Positions 51,744 through 64,000 are shown, numbered from the stretch's first letter. The stretch: 64,000 bases of DNA from Chiloscyllium plagiosum (GCF_004010195.1 NC_057719.1:32713948-32777947), one strand, 5' to 3'. The notes: generated from the letters alone by a model not told the origin. Made by a program: numbers and translations.

Positions 51744-51818
51744 TATGACATAGAATAGGAAACTTTATTGGAAGAAAATAAAGCAACCTTGCTATACCAA
51801 ACATTTTAAAAGCTTGTA

Positions 51819-52027
51819 GAAGCAAATCATTGCAGATACTGCAATTTGTACTGAAAGCAAAAAAATGCTGGCGATCACAGCAGGTCAGACAGCATCCATG
51901 GAGAGAGAGCAAGCTAACATTTCAATTCTGGATGAAAAGTCATCTCGACTCAAAATGTTAGCTTGCTCTTTCTCCACGGACATTGCCTGACCCACCGTGA
52001 GTTCCAGCATTTTTTTGTTTTCAATTC
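51819..52027. mobile_element. Fold-back pLTR-like repeat (third subfamily) with 11-bp TSD
   Basis: aaaagcttgta at 51808-51818 and 52028-52038. Arms gagcaagctaacattt and aaatgttagcttgctc. Confidence 0.7.
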
Positions 52028-52234
52028 AAAAGCTTGTAAGACAAAGAAAATATAAACAACATTGTTATTTATGCAAGCAAAACTCATCCAAGGATTAAAC
52101 AGCATTTAGATACTGTAGAATTTAAAACAGCATGAAAGGAAGATGAATAAATAATCACAATAAGAAGACATGGAAATAAAAATAACAATACTGCAAAGAT
52201 TAAAAGAAAGATGAGTCAAAGACAACAAAAAATT

Positions 52235-53069
52235 GATGATGATGATTTATTTATTGTTGCTTGTATTTTACAGTAATTAATGCAGTAAAATACAGTTAAA
52301 GGCTTCAACAATGACATAATCCGGTGCCATTTAAAATTGTTTAAGAATAAAAAGGACAAAAGTTAAAACTGAGAGTCCTAAACCCTGAACTGGCTCACTC
52401 GTGACACCTGCACTGCCAGCCCTCATCCTTCTGCCTCACCATCATCTGTGCCAGCCCCACCAATGTAGGAGTCGCCACTCTTTAGGCACCATTTCTTTAC
52501 CTCTGGGCCCACCTCACCAGTGCTAATGCTGAGTCCCAAGCTGAACCCACACTCGCCCCACAACCAGGAGTCTCAGCTCTGGTCATACAGTGCTGCCAAC
52601 TGAGCCGACTGGAGTTCCTGGCTCTGCTGCCAGACCAGGGTGCTGCTGCTGCCTCACCAAGAGCCCCACCATCCTCTGAGGTGTCAACTTGCTGGCACTG
52701 CCATCTTGTAAGGTCTACTACCATTGCCACTGGAGGGGCTTTGCTGTTGCTGCAGCCGCAGCCGCCATCAGGCCCAAAGACTGGGAGGACGTCCCTGCTG
52801 CCACTGCCGCTGCTGCTGCTGCCATCACTGTCTCCAGTCGCCATGAGGAGCCACTACCTCTGACCACTGGGAAAAGCTGCCATCCCAGGCACTACCTGCT
52901 CAAGCAGCCATGCCAATTTGACCAACTAACCCCCAGCATAAAATGCTCCAAAGAAAAGAAAAATGAAAGAAAAAAAGAAAGGAAAAAAGAGCAGAAGTAT
53001 AAAGAGAAAAACAAGAAAGGTACCTGGGCAACTGCCCACACACATGCCTGCTACACTGCCACCATCTTG
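52235..53069 (-). mobile_element. Unclassified non-autonomous retroposon
   Basis: Minus strand starts caagatggtggc, has a GC-rich low-complexity body, and ends aataaataaat(cat)n. Confidence 0.45.
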
Positions 53070-55350
53070 AATCAGATATTGGACACCTTGGAGAAAATAG
53101 TACTTAAAGGACACAATTACTTTAAAATTAAATAAGAAATCTCAAGCTGAATAAGTAAATATACCACTGTAGTCAATAGTAAATATGACAAATGAGTTAT
53201 AAATCATAAAAATGTGAAATAAGGCATATATAATTTGAAAAACATGTTTAAGCTTTTGGTAATGACTTTAATTTTAGGAAAAGGAAATCAAAGTTCTTGA
53301 AAAGCAAGACAGAATAGAAGATTATTGGAGTTGGATAAATCCATTGATAACTTCATGAATGATTTCTCCTGATTAGTAGAAAATTTCGATCATGGAACTT
53401 TGCAATTAGAATTTTTAACTGAACTAATTGTTGGTTGATTGACTGATGAAGCACCCTAATATTTACTACAGTCCAAAGAAGATTTGAATTTGAAGAGAGC
53501 TATTCAAAGTGCATTAGAAGCAGAAACCTGGAAAACTCTTTGACAAATCCTGAGAGGACAAAGACAACATTATTTCATGAAATAGCAGAATCCATCATTA
53601 TGTAAGGTACAAGTATTTCACAGACACACATAACAAGCCAACACAAACATAGGCCAGACACCAGATAGTTTGTGTCAATGTTATGGACCAAAACAGCCTT
53701 ACAGGTACAAGTAATGTCAGCTATGACAAAAGAATGCCACATAGGTAAAACTACAGGACACTTCCAAATGATGTGTAGAAGTAGGATGGAGTGTCAGAGC
53801 AGCAAAAATGCTTACTCATATAAAGTTGTTAATGTGATAAAATTGTCACAATTATGATAGACCTACTTATGACAATGGACATCTCAGTAACTTCATGACC
53901 TAGTTTTACATTTTTAATTATGGGGCTGTCCTACCAGATCAAATACTGTGGCTAAAGAAACAAATGTTATAGATAACAATATGAAGTTACATAGTCCAGG
54001 TGGAATAATTCTTAACATTAAAGATATGTTTGAAGCAACTCTGTAAGGGAGTTGAAAACGTATGCATAATGTCTAATCAGCATTTCTTACTTTTGAGCTT
54101 CCACACAAATCTTGACCTCAACATCCTTGAGGGAACAGAAGATGTTCAACCAGTTTCAAGGGAAAGCTAACCCAGCAATAAATTGTTGGTGATCAAACAG
54201 GCAAGGCAAAATCAGTAGAAGAATTCAATGGACTTTCTAGAAGCATGGCCAAATTCAAAAAGAACAAAATAATCCATTGATGTTACCTACAATGGCATAA
54301 AGAAGTGTTTCACATGGCCAGAAGTGCCAGTGGCTAGCAAGACAAAAGGATCTCAAATAAATTCAATAAGGAGGAAAGAATGATGAAGAGTGTGCTACTA
54401 TTTTCCAGTAGGTAAAAACAATGACTGCAGATGCTGGAAACCAGATTCTGGATTAGTGGTGCTGGAAGAGCACAGCAATTCAGGCAGCATCCGAGGACAG
54501 GCAAAATCGACGTTTCGGGCAAAAGCCCTTCATCAGGAAACTATTTTCCAGTGTTGCATTGAAGGTCGGCCAGACCAAAAGTTCAATGTGTTGACCGAGA
54601 TCACACAGTTAGCACTCTCAGTATTTCAAACATATAAAGCATTTACTAGTTTATGACCAAAGACCAGTTATTTCAGCTTCCCCTCATTAAGAAGTCTTGG
54701 AAAGGATATATCAGGGAACACTTAGGCATTGCTAGATGATGGCATGAACACATTTCAATCCTTTGCCTTCCAAACATTGTTGTTATTACCAGTGACAAGA
54801 ATAACACTAAGTCATTAGCAATCCTCCCCCACTATGACTGAGATTGCAAAAATACGTAGTTTGCCAGATGATATCTGCAGAGAGTGAACAAAGATATACA
54901 ACCAACTTAAAAAGTTGAAGTCAAGTTCTTACATTCTTCAATACAATTGAGAATAAAAATTTGTTTGAACAAAATGAAGTTGAGCTGCATTTGACTCCAT
55001 GGAAGCTAGATCAACTTCCACATATTCAGAACATAGTTAAGGAAAAAATGATGTGGCTCAGAAATCCAGAATATTACAAAAAAGTATGTTGCATTCGAGC
55101 AGCCACCATATATAGTAACAATTCATGAAATTATGTGATCCCCAGATGATGATATGGACAGGTCAGAAGATAAAGGGTCCTTCAGATAATGTAACAGACA
55201 AAACATTAGGTTTAGAAGGAACAATATCTACGACAAAGTACGTCCATGAGATAAATGAGCCTCCAGGAGAGAAATGATTTACAGAACAATCAAGGTCAGT
55301 GTTCTGAAGCCCATCAGAAAATTCAGCCCTGAAACCAAAGAGCAAGCTTA
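53070..55350 (+). mobile_element. Highly decayed Gypsy/Ty3 internal region (gag, zinc knuckle, protease/pol remnants)
   Basis: WTPWRK*YLK...KKSQAE*VN, KSIDNFMNDFS*LVENFDHGTLQLEFLTELIVG*LTDEAP*YLLQSKEDLNLKRAIQ and CHIGKTTGHFQMMCRS (CCHC-like). The right boundary is uncertain. Confidence 0.7.
54410..54539 (-). mobile_element. Penelope pLTR with canonical CTGATGA hammerhead core and 13-bp TSD
   Basis: actattttccagt at 54397-54409 and 54540-54552. Minus strand reads CTGATGA-agggcttttgccc-GAAACGTC (54536-54509). Confidence 0.85.
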
Positions 55351-56209
55351 AAGCAGTGAAAGCTGATAAAGGTGCTCAGATACTGCTTATAAATCACTCT
55401 TGAGGTTTAATAGACACACATATCCAGCTGCCAAATTAGTTCCACGATTTCCTCACAGAACACACATATAAATTATATACCTCTTTATGACAACATGTGC
55501 CCAAGGATTCCTTAGAGAGGAGTACTTAGCTCTGTGCTGAGCTAATTTTCATCTTCATTAATAATTTGGTGGCTATTATTCCAAAAAGCAATATTGTTGA
55601 TGACACTGCCTTCTGCTGAGTAATTAATCTGTCATGTAAAAGACGAGTCGTAACCAAATTATTGCACACAAATACATGCAAAACTGCACAGTGGGTGGAT
55701 AAGTTTCATGTTAGCTTCACTTCAGGAGGCCAGTCATTCTGTCAAAAACCTTGACTCACATATCAATTTCTACAATACATAGCATATAATCAATTTCTAC
55801 AATCAAAAAAACTTTTGCTAAGTCAAAAAATGCCTCCTGAGCTTTGTGCAGATGCTCAATTATGCGAGTATGTGCTAGAGGTGGCTTGAAATCTGGGCAT
55901 TAAAAGGCAATATTTGTGCACTAAAAAGCACACAAAAGTACAATTTGTTTCCTTGATTTTTGAGTGTGGAGATTGTGATTTGCAGTTTGTGTCTGGTTTT
56001 ATTGAGGTGACTTTAACAATCCACCAACTGCAACCCATGTTGTTGGCTTGGCTGAACACTTATCAGGAACTGGACAGTGTGCTTGGATAGCATGTGTTGT
56101 TTTTGGTTAGCCATGAAACATGGCGATCTAGCACCATGGATGAAGGCCCGGGGGCCATATTGATGTATATGGGTCGGGTGAAGTGGAAAGGAAACACTCA
56201 GGGAGCAAG

Positions 56210-56495
56210 CTTAGCTCATTCTACACTGATTCTTCCTAAGAACCAGTTCAGTCTGAGATTCGGAGCTAAACAGACCCATTATCCTAAAAGATCGGAGAAG
56301 TTTAATTACTCAGCCTTTGTCAGAGGAACAGATGGTTTTATGTCAGAGAGATATCACTGGGAGGTGGAGGTGGGGAACAAGACTCAATAGCAACTGGGTG
56401 TGGCCTGACAGTCTATGGAGAGGGAGGGAAGAATCAAATTGAAACCTGAATCCGGATACTGAATGATCTGCATGAGAACCAGATGTGACTATGCT
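56210..56495 (+). pseudogene. B30.2 (PRY-SPRY) domain fragment, TRIM/butyrophilin-like, inactivated
   Basis: AHSTLILPKNQFSLRFGAKQTHYPKRSEKFNYSAFVRGTDGFMSERYHWEVEVGNKTQ*QLGVA*QSMEREGRIKLKPESGY*MI. In-frame stops at 56388, 56406 and 56460 fall at conserved W, R and W positions. Confidence 0.88.
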
Positions 56496-56519
56496 GAATG
56501 GGAACAGGAAGAATTGGAC

Positions 56520-56835
56520 AATATCAGCCTTGGGATATATTCAACAAGATAAAATGTAACTATAATCCCTTGATTTTAAATGATATTGCCATCACTGAAT
56601 CCCCCACTATCAATGTCCTCTGGGCTACCAATGAAAGGACACTGAACTGGACTCGCCATTTGAATATTGTGGATACAAGAGAAGGTCAGAGGCTAGGAAT
56701 ACTGAAGTATGTAAGTCACCTCCTGACTCCCAAAATCTGTCCACAGGTCAGGAGTATGATGAAATATTTCCCACTTGTCTGGAGAAGTGCAGCTCCAATA
56801 ATATTCAAAAAAACTTGACATTATCTAGAACAAAG
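56520..56835 (+). mobile_element. L2-like LINE 3' fragment
   Basis: IAITESPTINVLWATNERTLNWTRHLN, homologous to 9190-9480. Confidence 0.8.
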
Positions 56836-57190
56836 CAATCAACTCTATTGGGCAGGTGATGTGTTGAAGCTGGAAGCACAGGGTCTTTTTTGCAGACAGA
56901 AGTTAGGTGTTCTGCACAGTGGTCACCAATGCAGAGAAGTCCACGTTGTGGGCAGCGAATGCAGTAGACTAGATTGAACGAAGTGCAGGTGAAGCGCTGT
57001 TTCATCTGGAAGCTGTGTTTGGGCCCTTGGAAACTGAGAAGGGAGGAAGTAAAGGGCCAGATGTCAACAGTTGCAACGGAAGGTGCTGTGTGGCTGAGGG
57101 GGGATATTGGGAGTGAAGGAAGAGGAGATCGGAGTGTCAGAGAGGGAGTTGTCCTGCTGAAGGCTGACAAAGGAAAGGAGGGACAAGAAG
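56836..57190 (-). mobile_element. Penelope GIY-YIG fragment
   Basis: FQGPKHSFQMKQRFTCTSFNLVYCIRCPQRGLLCIG. Confidence 0.82.
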
Positions 57191-57224
57191 GGAAGAAGGG
57201 ACCAGTAAACTGGAATTTGACCTA

Positions 57225-58690
57225 AGTCAGAATCATGGAATGGTTACAGCATAGAAGGAAGCAATGGAGCTGTTCAGCACCACAACTGCTCTTTGCAAAG
57301 CAAAACTAGCCAGACCAACTCTTGCCATTTGCCCGTCACTCTTCATATTTTCTACATCCAATTCCCCTTTGAAAACCACAATCAAATACTCCACATACTC
57401 TCAGACAGTGCATTCCAGATCAGAACTACTTACAGCGTAAGAAAGAATCCTTCTTATGTCGCCTTTGGCTCCTTTGCTAAACAACTTATTCTCTGTTCTC
57501 AAGCTTTCTACCAATAGCTACAGTTTTGATCTACACTGTCCAGACCTCTCATGATTTTGGATCACCTTGATCGCATCTCCTTTCCATTATGCATTTTCAA
57601 AGGAGAACAAACAACGTTTTCTATTGTTCCATAGAACTGAAGTCTGTCATACCTGGAAATATCTTTGTGAGTCTTTTCTATGCACTCTCTAAACTCTTCA
57701 CATTCTTTTAAAAATATGGTGCCCAAACTTGGATTCAGTTCCACCATTGAGGGTGAAACATGCTTTGGACAAATTCATTATAACCTATATGGCCCTGTAT
57801 TCTGTACATCTATTTACAGAGCCCAGGAGTCTGTGTGCATTTTGTGCCCATATAAGCTCATGATTCTTTGCCCCTTCACCTCTTTAGAAAACTCTTGATT
57901 TTGTATTACTTTTTTGTATTCTTCCTCCTAAAATGTGTGACATTAGATTTCTCTGCAGGAAGTTTCAGCTGTGATGTGTCTGCTCACTCCCCAGCCTCTC
58001 AAAGGCTATTGCTTTCCTCCTCATGGCTGTCGATATTTCCAAATTTTGTATCACAGCCTCCAAGTTCCAAGAGTGAGGGCATGTTAGCTGATTCAGCCAA
58101 AAAATACCTTGTGAAAAGTGACAGAAAGAAAATCAAGATGACATTTGGCCCTTGCTCTACGATGGGGGCTGTGATGGAAGCAGAAAGGAATAGAAAAATA
58201 GATTGGGACAGTTGAGGGACTGCATCTGAGTGGGGTCATCAAAGGCAAAAAGAGATTGGAGAACCAAGAGTCAGTGCAGGAGTTAGAGTCTAGACAGCCC
58301 AGACTCAGAAAAAAAGACTTCTTTGCCCAAGGAGTCTGCACCCGCCAACAGCAACCACCTAACATTCTAATCCCACTTTTCAGCTGTTGACCCATAGCCT
58401 TGTGTGTCTTGGCATTGCAAATGCACATCCAAAATCTACTTAAATGTTATGAGGTTTTCTGCCTCTACCACTCTTACAGGCAGAAGAGTGTAAGAGTGTA
58501 AAACTCTCACCCCTCTGGGTGTAAAGAAATTCCTCATACCTCCTCTAAGTCTCCTGTCCCTTACTTTAAATCTATGCCCTATAGTCACTGATCCTTCCAC
58601 CAAAGGAAAAAGCTCCTTCCTGTGTATCTCATCTATGTCCCTCATAATTTTATACATTTCAATCATGTCCCCTCCCAGTCTCCCCTACTC
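57225..58690 (-). mobile_element. Old CR1 3' fragments (two)
   Basis: ORF 58436-58666(-) MIEMYKIMRDIDEIHRKELFPLVEGSVTIGHRFKVR and a tail at 57230. Confidence 0.7.
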
Positions 58691-60523
58691 TGATGAAAGT
58701 TGGAAGGAGAGTCATAAAACCTATGACATAGTCTTTTATTGTGAATGAAATGTGCAACCAGAGAGCAACAAAATAGATTGCATTGTAACCGTTTACATGC
58801 AATGTTTCAATGTTAACAACACCAACAATACTAATATGATGAAAATGTTAAGATCGCACATCTGTGTATAAACAATAACTAATGTGTCATAGCACCCAGT
58901 CCAAAGGAACTATCAACATTTACAGAGAAATTGGATTCTGAAAGAATGATCCTGTATGACTCCACAGTTTAAACAAATATATAAGAATCAAACAAAACAA
59001 ATGCTACTAACTAAACATTACCTTAGGTTATCAATTTACAATACAATAAAAAGAAGCAAAATCACTTATATTTTAAAACCAAAATCTTCAAATGAACCTT
59101 TCTCTTTTAACTTTATTTTCCTCACACAAAGTCTTTGTCTACTTATCAGACTCTTGAAAGTACCTTCAGTTCCAGTGCAATGCAGCAATATATATTGATT
59201 ATGCTCAGTGTTCCTGCTAATGTTTGAGTTATGAGCTTTCTTTGTTTCCTTCCATAACCTTTCAGCCAAGTGACTGCCCACCAGTTTTAAAGGACGTCAC
59301 GTTGTGGAAGCTCCAGCTCAATCATAAGCTTCATTCAACTTCAAGATTTGGTGACTCTACATTTGAAATGCTTTTGATTTCTCATTTCCCCATTGCTTCT
59401 GGTCTGAAGTTGCTTTACGTATCTCTCTCTCTACCTGTTGCAAAGCGGAACTGCATTTTCTCATGATGGAAGTTACTGTGGATTTTTTTTCCCCTGTTCC
59501 TTCATGTCTCTTTCATGCATTATACCTCCAAACCGAACTTGAGCTCCCACCTGCATTCTGCATGATGAGTAATAATGTTAATGTTGTATCTGTGTAAGAT
59601 GTAGATCCAGCTAACATTAATCAATTTTGCTCTCACAACCCGGTGACCTGCAACGTATAGAAATAAACTGTAACTTCCAATGTCTGCTGGCTTTGTTGAC
59701 AGAAATATATCAATAATTTAAACAAAAAAACCTCCCTAAATCCACAGTCCATCTCTATGGCACTATGGCATCGCTAGAGTGGTCCAAATGGAAATGTAAA
59801 TAAACTATTACTTTCCTTCTAAACATCTTTTTTGATTTGGAAGCCTAGATGAATAATTTATATATCTGACGGCTGGTTCTACCAAGAAACTCCTTTGGCT
59901 CCAAGTTGCTTTTAATTTATTTTTTATCTAGGAACCAGATAATTTAAATCTTTGCTCAGATAATTTTAGACCCTCTGGTTCCACCACACGATGAGAGATG
60001 GGTGATCTATTGTTTGGATTTTCTCCATTCTAATGTGAACTTCATTAAATAATTACCCCGATCTGTTTGAATTACTCATGTTGTAGGGTGATTTATCATC
60101 TTCTCAATCCGATACTTCTATTTGTCTTATAATTAACACATTAATGTTTAATCTACAGATTATATTCACAAACGTAGAAGTTGTGTCTTCAAAATGCATG
60201 AAATGCATCAGATATTCAAAACAAGTTGATGCCCTGCGTCACTGCATTGCACAAAGGACCAAGACTAAGTGTGTTGAAGGTCCATTAGAGAGCAGTTAAG
60301 GATGTTCAGATGTAATTCAGTCACCGCAAAGTCATAAATTCTTTTCAGAGAGATACTGTCGAATTAAAGATAATTTGAGACCACCTGTAATGTGACTATT
60401 TTTGTTAAACTAACCACACCAACTTTGTGTAAATCTGCTGACAGGAAGCCACATACAAATTAGCAACCTGCTTGTGAATTATTGCCTTTATTCCATGCCA
60501 ACTGTTAGACATGCAATTCTATA

Positions 60524-60700
60524 AACTCAAATTAGTCTTCAATTGATTTGAAAATGAAAGACAGCAATGAAATAATGTAAAATAGGATTAAGATATTATA
60601 AAGAGCAAGTTAACTCAAATTAATCGTCAATTGATTTGAAAATGAAAGACAGCAATGAAATAATGTAAAGTACAATTAAGATATTATAAACAGCAAGCTT
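60524..60700. repeat. 88-bp tandem duplication
   Basis: aactcaaatta...caattgatttgaaaatgaaagacagcaatgaaataatgtaaa... starts at 60524 and 60612. Confidence 0.9.
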
Positions 60701-61949
60701 TACTGTTGTGTATCATGAACAATTCTGAACTGGACTAAAGTTGTGTCTTTTATGGATTGTAAATTCTGTATTTTTAAAATAAAGAATATTAGTTCAATTG
60801 TACTAAAGCATTCCTCAAGAGAGTATACTCTTACAGCTCCAGGGTACCATATTCCAATTCATGTGAAGAAATATCAATCTGAAACACTGGACTCAATTGT
60901 ACTCTGCATGTCAGGAATCCCAAAATCAGGATAATAGGTGTTCAAAGACTGTGCTTGCAAACAGTAGGATTGGTTCACTGACATTCCAAAAAACGGCCTT
61001 TAAGTTGGCTGAATCAGAGCACACATCCATTAGGCATAAACTAGGACCTCACGTTATGAGAGGTCTCTAAATATGAATAAAAAGACTAAATTTCATATTT
61101 ACATATTTGATTAAGAAATAAAAGAAGCAGGGAGATAAGACTCTTTAAAGCGAACATTTGTGTCTTGATGTGACAAAATCATGACACATTTATTACATAA
61201 GACAGTCCTGCTTAGATATTGAACACAATCAAAAAGCTTTGATTTACTCCCATCCTCCATTTATAAAGTGTAGTACTCAGACTCTTGGCCTTCTGTGACA
61301 CACACTGATCATCTGCAGCCACCTCTCTCCTTTGACTAACAGTCACATTTAGATGCTTTGTTCAATAACTAAATGTTCTCTGTGGTGCTTTTTCAAGACA
61401 ATATCAAATATAAAGTACAAATATTCATTTAAGCTTTAAAACAAAGCATACATTTATTTTCTAGAAAATAATAAACAACAAAAATGCTTCTTCCCTTAAC
61501 ACCACATAAATATAAGTATTGTTGAAATGCACGTATTGCATTTTTACTTCTACTTTACTTGTAAATGCATTTAAAGATGTGTGTAAGAGGCAGCCCGAGG
61601 CAGCCCAAGGCTGTGGGATCAGGAGCAAGCTGCAAGGTGAAGAGACCAGGCAGCCCAGATCTCTGGTTCAGGTGAGGTCCACCCCTTGGGAGGATTGCAA
61701 GCCCAGAATGGCTTGGTGTTTATGGGACTGTGGTGTTGAATTGTTAACTGAGTTGCATTGTTTTTCTATTTTTCAGTAAGTGGGTCTGTAATTTTCAACT
61801 TTTTAACTTTGTTTCCTTTATTTTTCGACTTTGCGCCAAGATTCTGTACTGTGGTGACTCTGTGCTGAGGATGGCACATGGCCTGAGTACGTGTGACTAC
61901 AAACCTAAATCAGTTCAGTTCAGTTCAACATTATTGTGTCAGAAGCCAT

Positions 61950-62560
61950 GCAGAGAAGGTGCACCAGAAGGGACTATCTGGATTGGCAGTGGTGGGGGCA
62001 TTTTACAGGCTCACCTTACATTTGCTGGAGTTTAGAATAGTCAGAATTAACTTGATGGAAACGTCTAAGTTTCTCTCAGGAATTTACAGGGTGGATGTGG
62101 AGATGAAGTACCCTCTTATGGAATAATTTAGAACCAGTGGTCAGAGTTTAAAAATAAAAGATGTCCACTTAGAACAGAGATTAGGTAAATATGCTCTTCT
62201 TAATGGGTCATGAGTCATTGGAACTCTCTTATTGAAAATGTTGCAGAAACTACATATGTTTGAATATTTTTAAGACGGACGTGGATAGATTCCTGAGGAC
62301 TACAGATGCTGGAAGAGCACAGCAGGTTAGGCAGCATCCAAGGAGCAGGAGAGTCGATGCTGATAAAGTGCTTATGCCCGAAACGTTGACTGTCCTGCTT
62401 CTTGGATGCTGCCTAACCTGCTGTGGATAGATTCCTGGTGAGCAGGGAAATGAAAGGTCATCAGAGGTAAGCAGAAATGTGGAGCTAATGTAACAATTAT
62501 TATTGAATGCTGGAGTAGAATTGAGGAGCAAAATGGCCTAATCCTGCTCCTTTCTTGTAT
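61950..62560 (+). mobile_element. Old CR1 3' fragment with a fold-back pLTR insert (62296-62422, 15-bp TSD)
   Basis: LEFRIVRINLMETSKFLSGIYRVDVEMKYPL. TSD gtggatagattcctg at 62281-62295 and 62423-62437. Confidence 0.8.
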
Positions 62561-63069
62561 GTTAGAAAGCATTGAGTTGAATAAGTATTAATAAGGATTG
62601 CTTTCAAAAAAATGTCTAGCGTTGATTTCAGCGATTATTTTCGAGGTGCCTGTTAAAAAACATCGTGAGGATTTTTGGAAAGGGAGAGAAAGAAACAGCA
62701 ATGTCTGCAAGTTGACAGTTAATGCATTGCAATAAAGGAGGAACATCATACTCAAGAGCCATACAGCTACATGGGAACCACAAGCATTCAGCTCCTTCAC
62801 TTGGATAAATGATACAGTAGTGAAAGTGACTACTACACCTGAGAATGTCACAGAGCCTGAAATCCATCTGAAGGAAATAGATGCACAAAGTCCAATGATC
62901 TTGGTCTCTGTGGTAGCTTGAGTAAGGATGATATCTCATTCTGGATGAAGAAAGATTCCTCATGTTGTCAAGATTTTAATGACACATTTGAGAAATCAAT
63001 GCAGTCATTCAGAAACCAAGTTAAATTTCATTCAAAAAAATTCCTTTAAGTTCCCCCCAAAACCAATCT

Positions 63070-63270
63070 CCACCTTGACTTGAAAATATATCACTGTTCC
63101 TTCACTGTCGCTGAGCCAAAATCCAGCAATTCCCTCCCTAATGACATTGTGGGTCAACCCACAGCAGGCGGTTCAAGAAGGCAGCTCACCACCACCTTCT
63201 CAAGGGCAACTAGGGATGGGCAGTAAATACTGGCCAGCCAGTGATGCCCACATCCTACAAATGAGTTAAA
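63070..63270 (+). mobile_element. L2-like LINE 3' end
   Basis: Homologous to 9690-9890 (ttcaagaaggcagctcaccaccaccttctcaagggcaactaggg). Confidence 0.8.
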
Positions 63271-64000
63271 ACATTAACAATGAAAAATACAATCAGACTG
63301 CCTAATTTGTTATACTCACTGTTTTGTCTGAAAATTCTTTTCAACCTCATTGACTACACTGGCTAATGATGGATTTAATGACTGGTGAAACCCTGTTGTA
63401 AGTCACTCATTGAGTAGGCCATCACTATCATAAACAGTAATGATCCCAAGGAGATGGTGCATGGGAATGACTGAGTCTCATCTATAAAGGGGACGGCATG
63501 CTGAATAGTATGTGGATGAGTGTGTGTGGTGCTATTAAAAGCATAAAAGAGCTCTTAAGGTATTCTGACCCCTTTTGTTCAGTCGCAGAAGGCAAGTGTA
63601 TACGCAGTCAAGCGGAGCTCTGTTGAATTATCCTTTGGCTGATAGAGGGTGGGAATGCTATAGACCTTGCAAAGTGCCTGTGGCATCTTGTTGTTGAAGT
63701 TGCACCCCTGTTCACCATTAATCTGACATGGAACACCAAATGGTCATATCAATTACACACCATCATATTGGTTACAGTTGAAGCCTTTTTGGTCACAGAT
63801 GGCAATGGCCACTTCTTAGCTAATTATTTGAGAACATCCTCCAAAGATCATGAAACGCGTGCTTTAAATTTTATGCCTGCTTGTATTGTTGTTTCTTTTG
63901 GGTAAATACTGATTTTTGACATTGCTTTTCTGTTGCTCCAGATTAAAAGTTTGGATATAAGCTAATTTAAAAAATCATAAAGTATTTTCATTTGTAAGCA

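Noticed and set aside
50473..51912. Long ORFs of 319-479 aa
   Set aside because: Artefacts of translating through the N gap. The flanks are Penelope sequence.
52497..53135. Ala/Ser/Lys-rich ORFs on both strands
   Set aside because: Low-complexity (gct)n and purine tracts within a repeat, with no domain or splice support.
56094..56390. Functional TRIM or butyrophilin gene
   Set aside because: Three in-frame stops at conserved residues, a truncated SPRY and no other domains.

Overview
Vertebrate genomic DNA, very probably a shark: it carries HE1-like V-SINEs, CR1/HER1-type LINEs and abundant Penelope repeats. There are two N gaps (27881-28368, 50754-51590). The only intact gene is the 3' end of mdga2 on the minus strand. 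Three exons (44410-44271, 26744-26639, 15757-15666) splice in frame at GT-AG sites and encode the end of the MAM domain and the GPI-anchor signal. A repeat-free 3' UTR follows. The next upstream exon was not found, so it probably lies beyond 64000. The rest is intron and flank filled with decayed CR1, L2-like, Penelope, SINE, Gypsy/LTR, Harbinger-like and Tc1/mariner-like remnants, plus a dead B30.2 (PRY-SPRY) fragment. I cannot establish a new biological system here. The best leads are: (1) short Penelope terminal-repeat insertions with 8-16 bp target-site duplications that carry minimal hammerhead-ribozyme cores, several in the sense of the mdga2 pre-mRNA; (2) long inverted repeats around the last two exons; (3) a 9-nt in-frame duplication in the MAM domain; (4) a possible in-frame cassette exon; (5) the B30.2/LINE chimera. 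Family assignments come from recalled motifs, not database searches, and repeat boundaries are approximate unless a TSD defines them.
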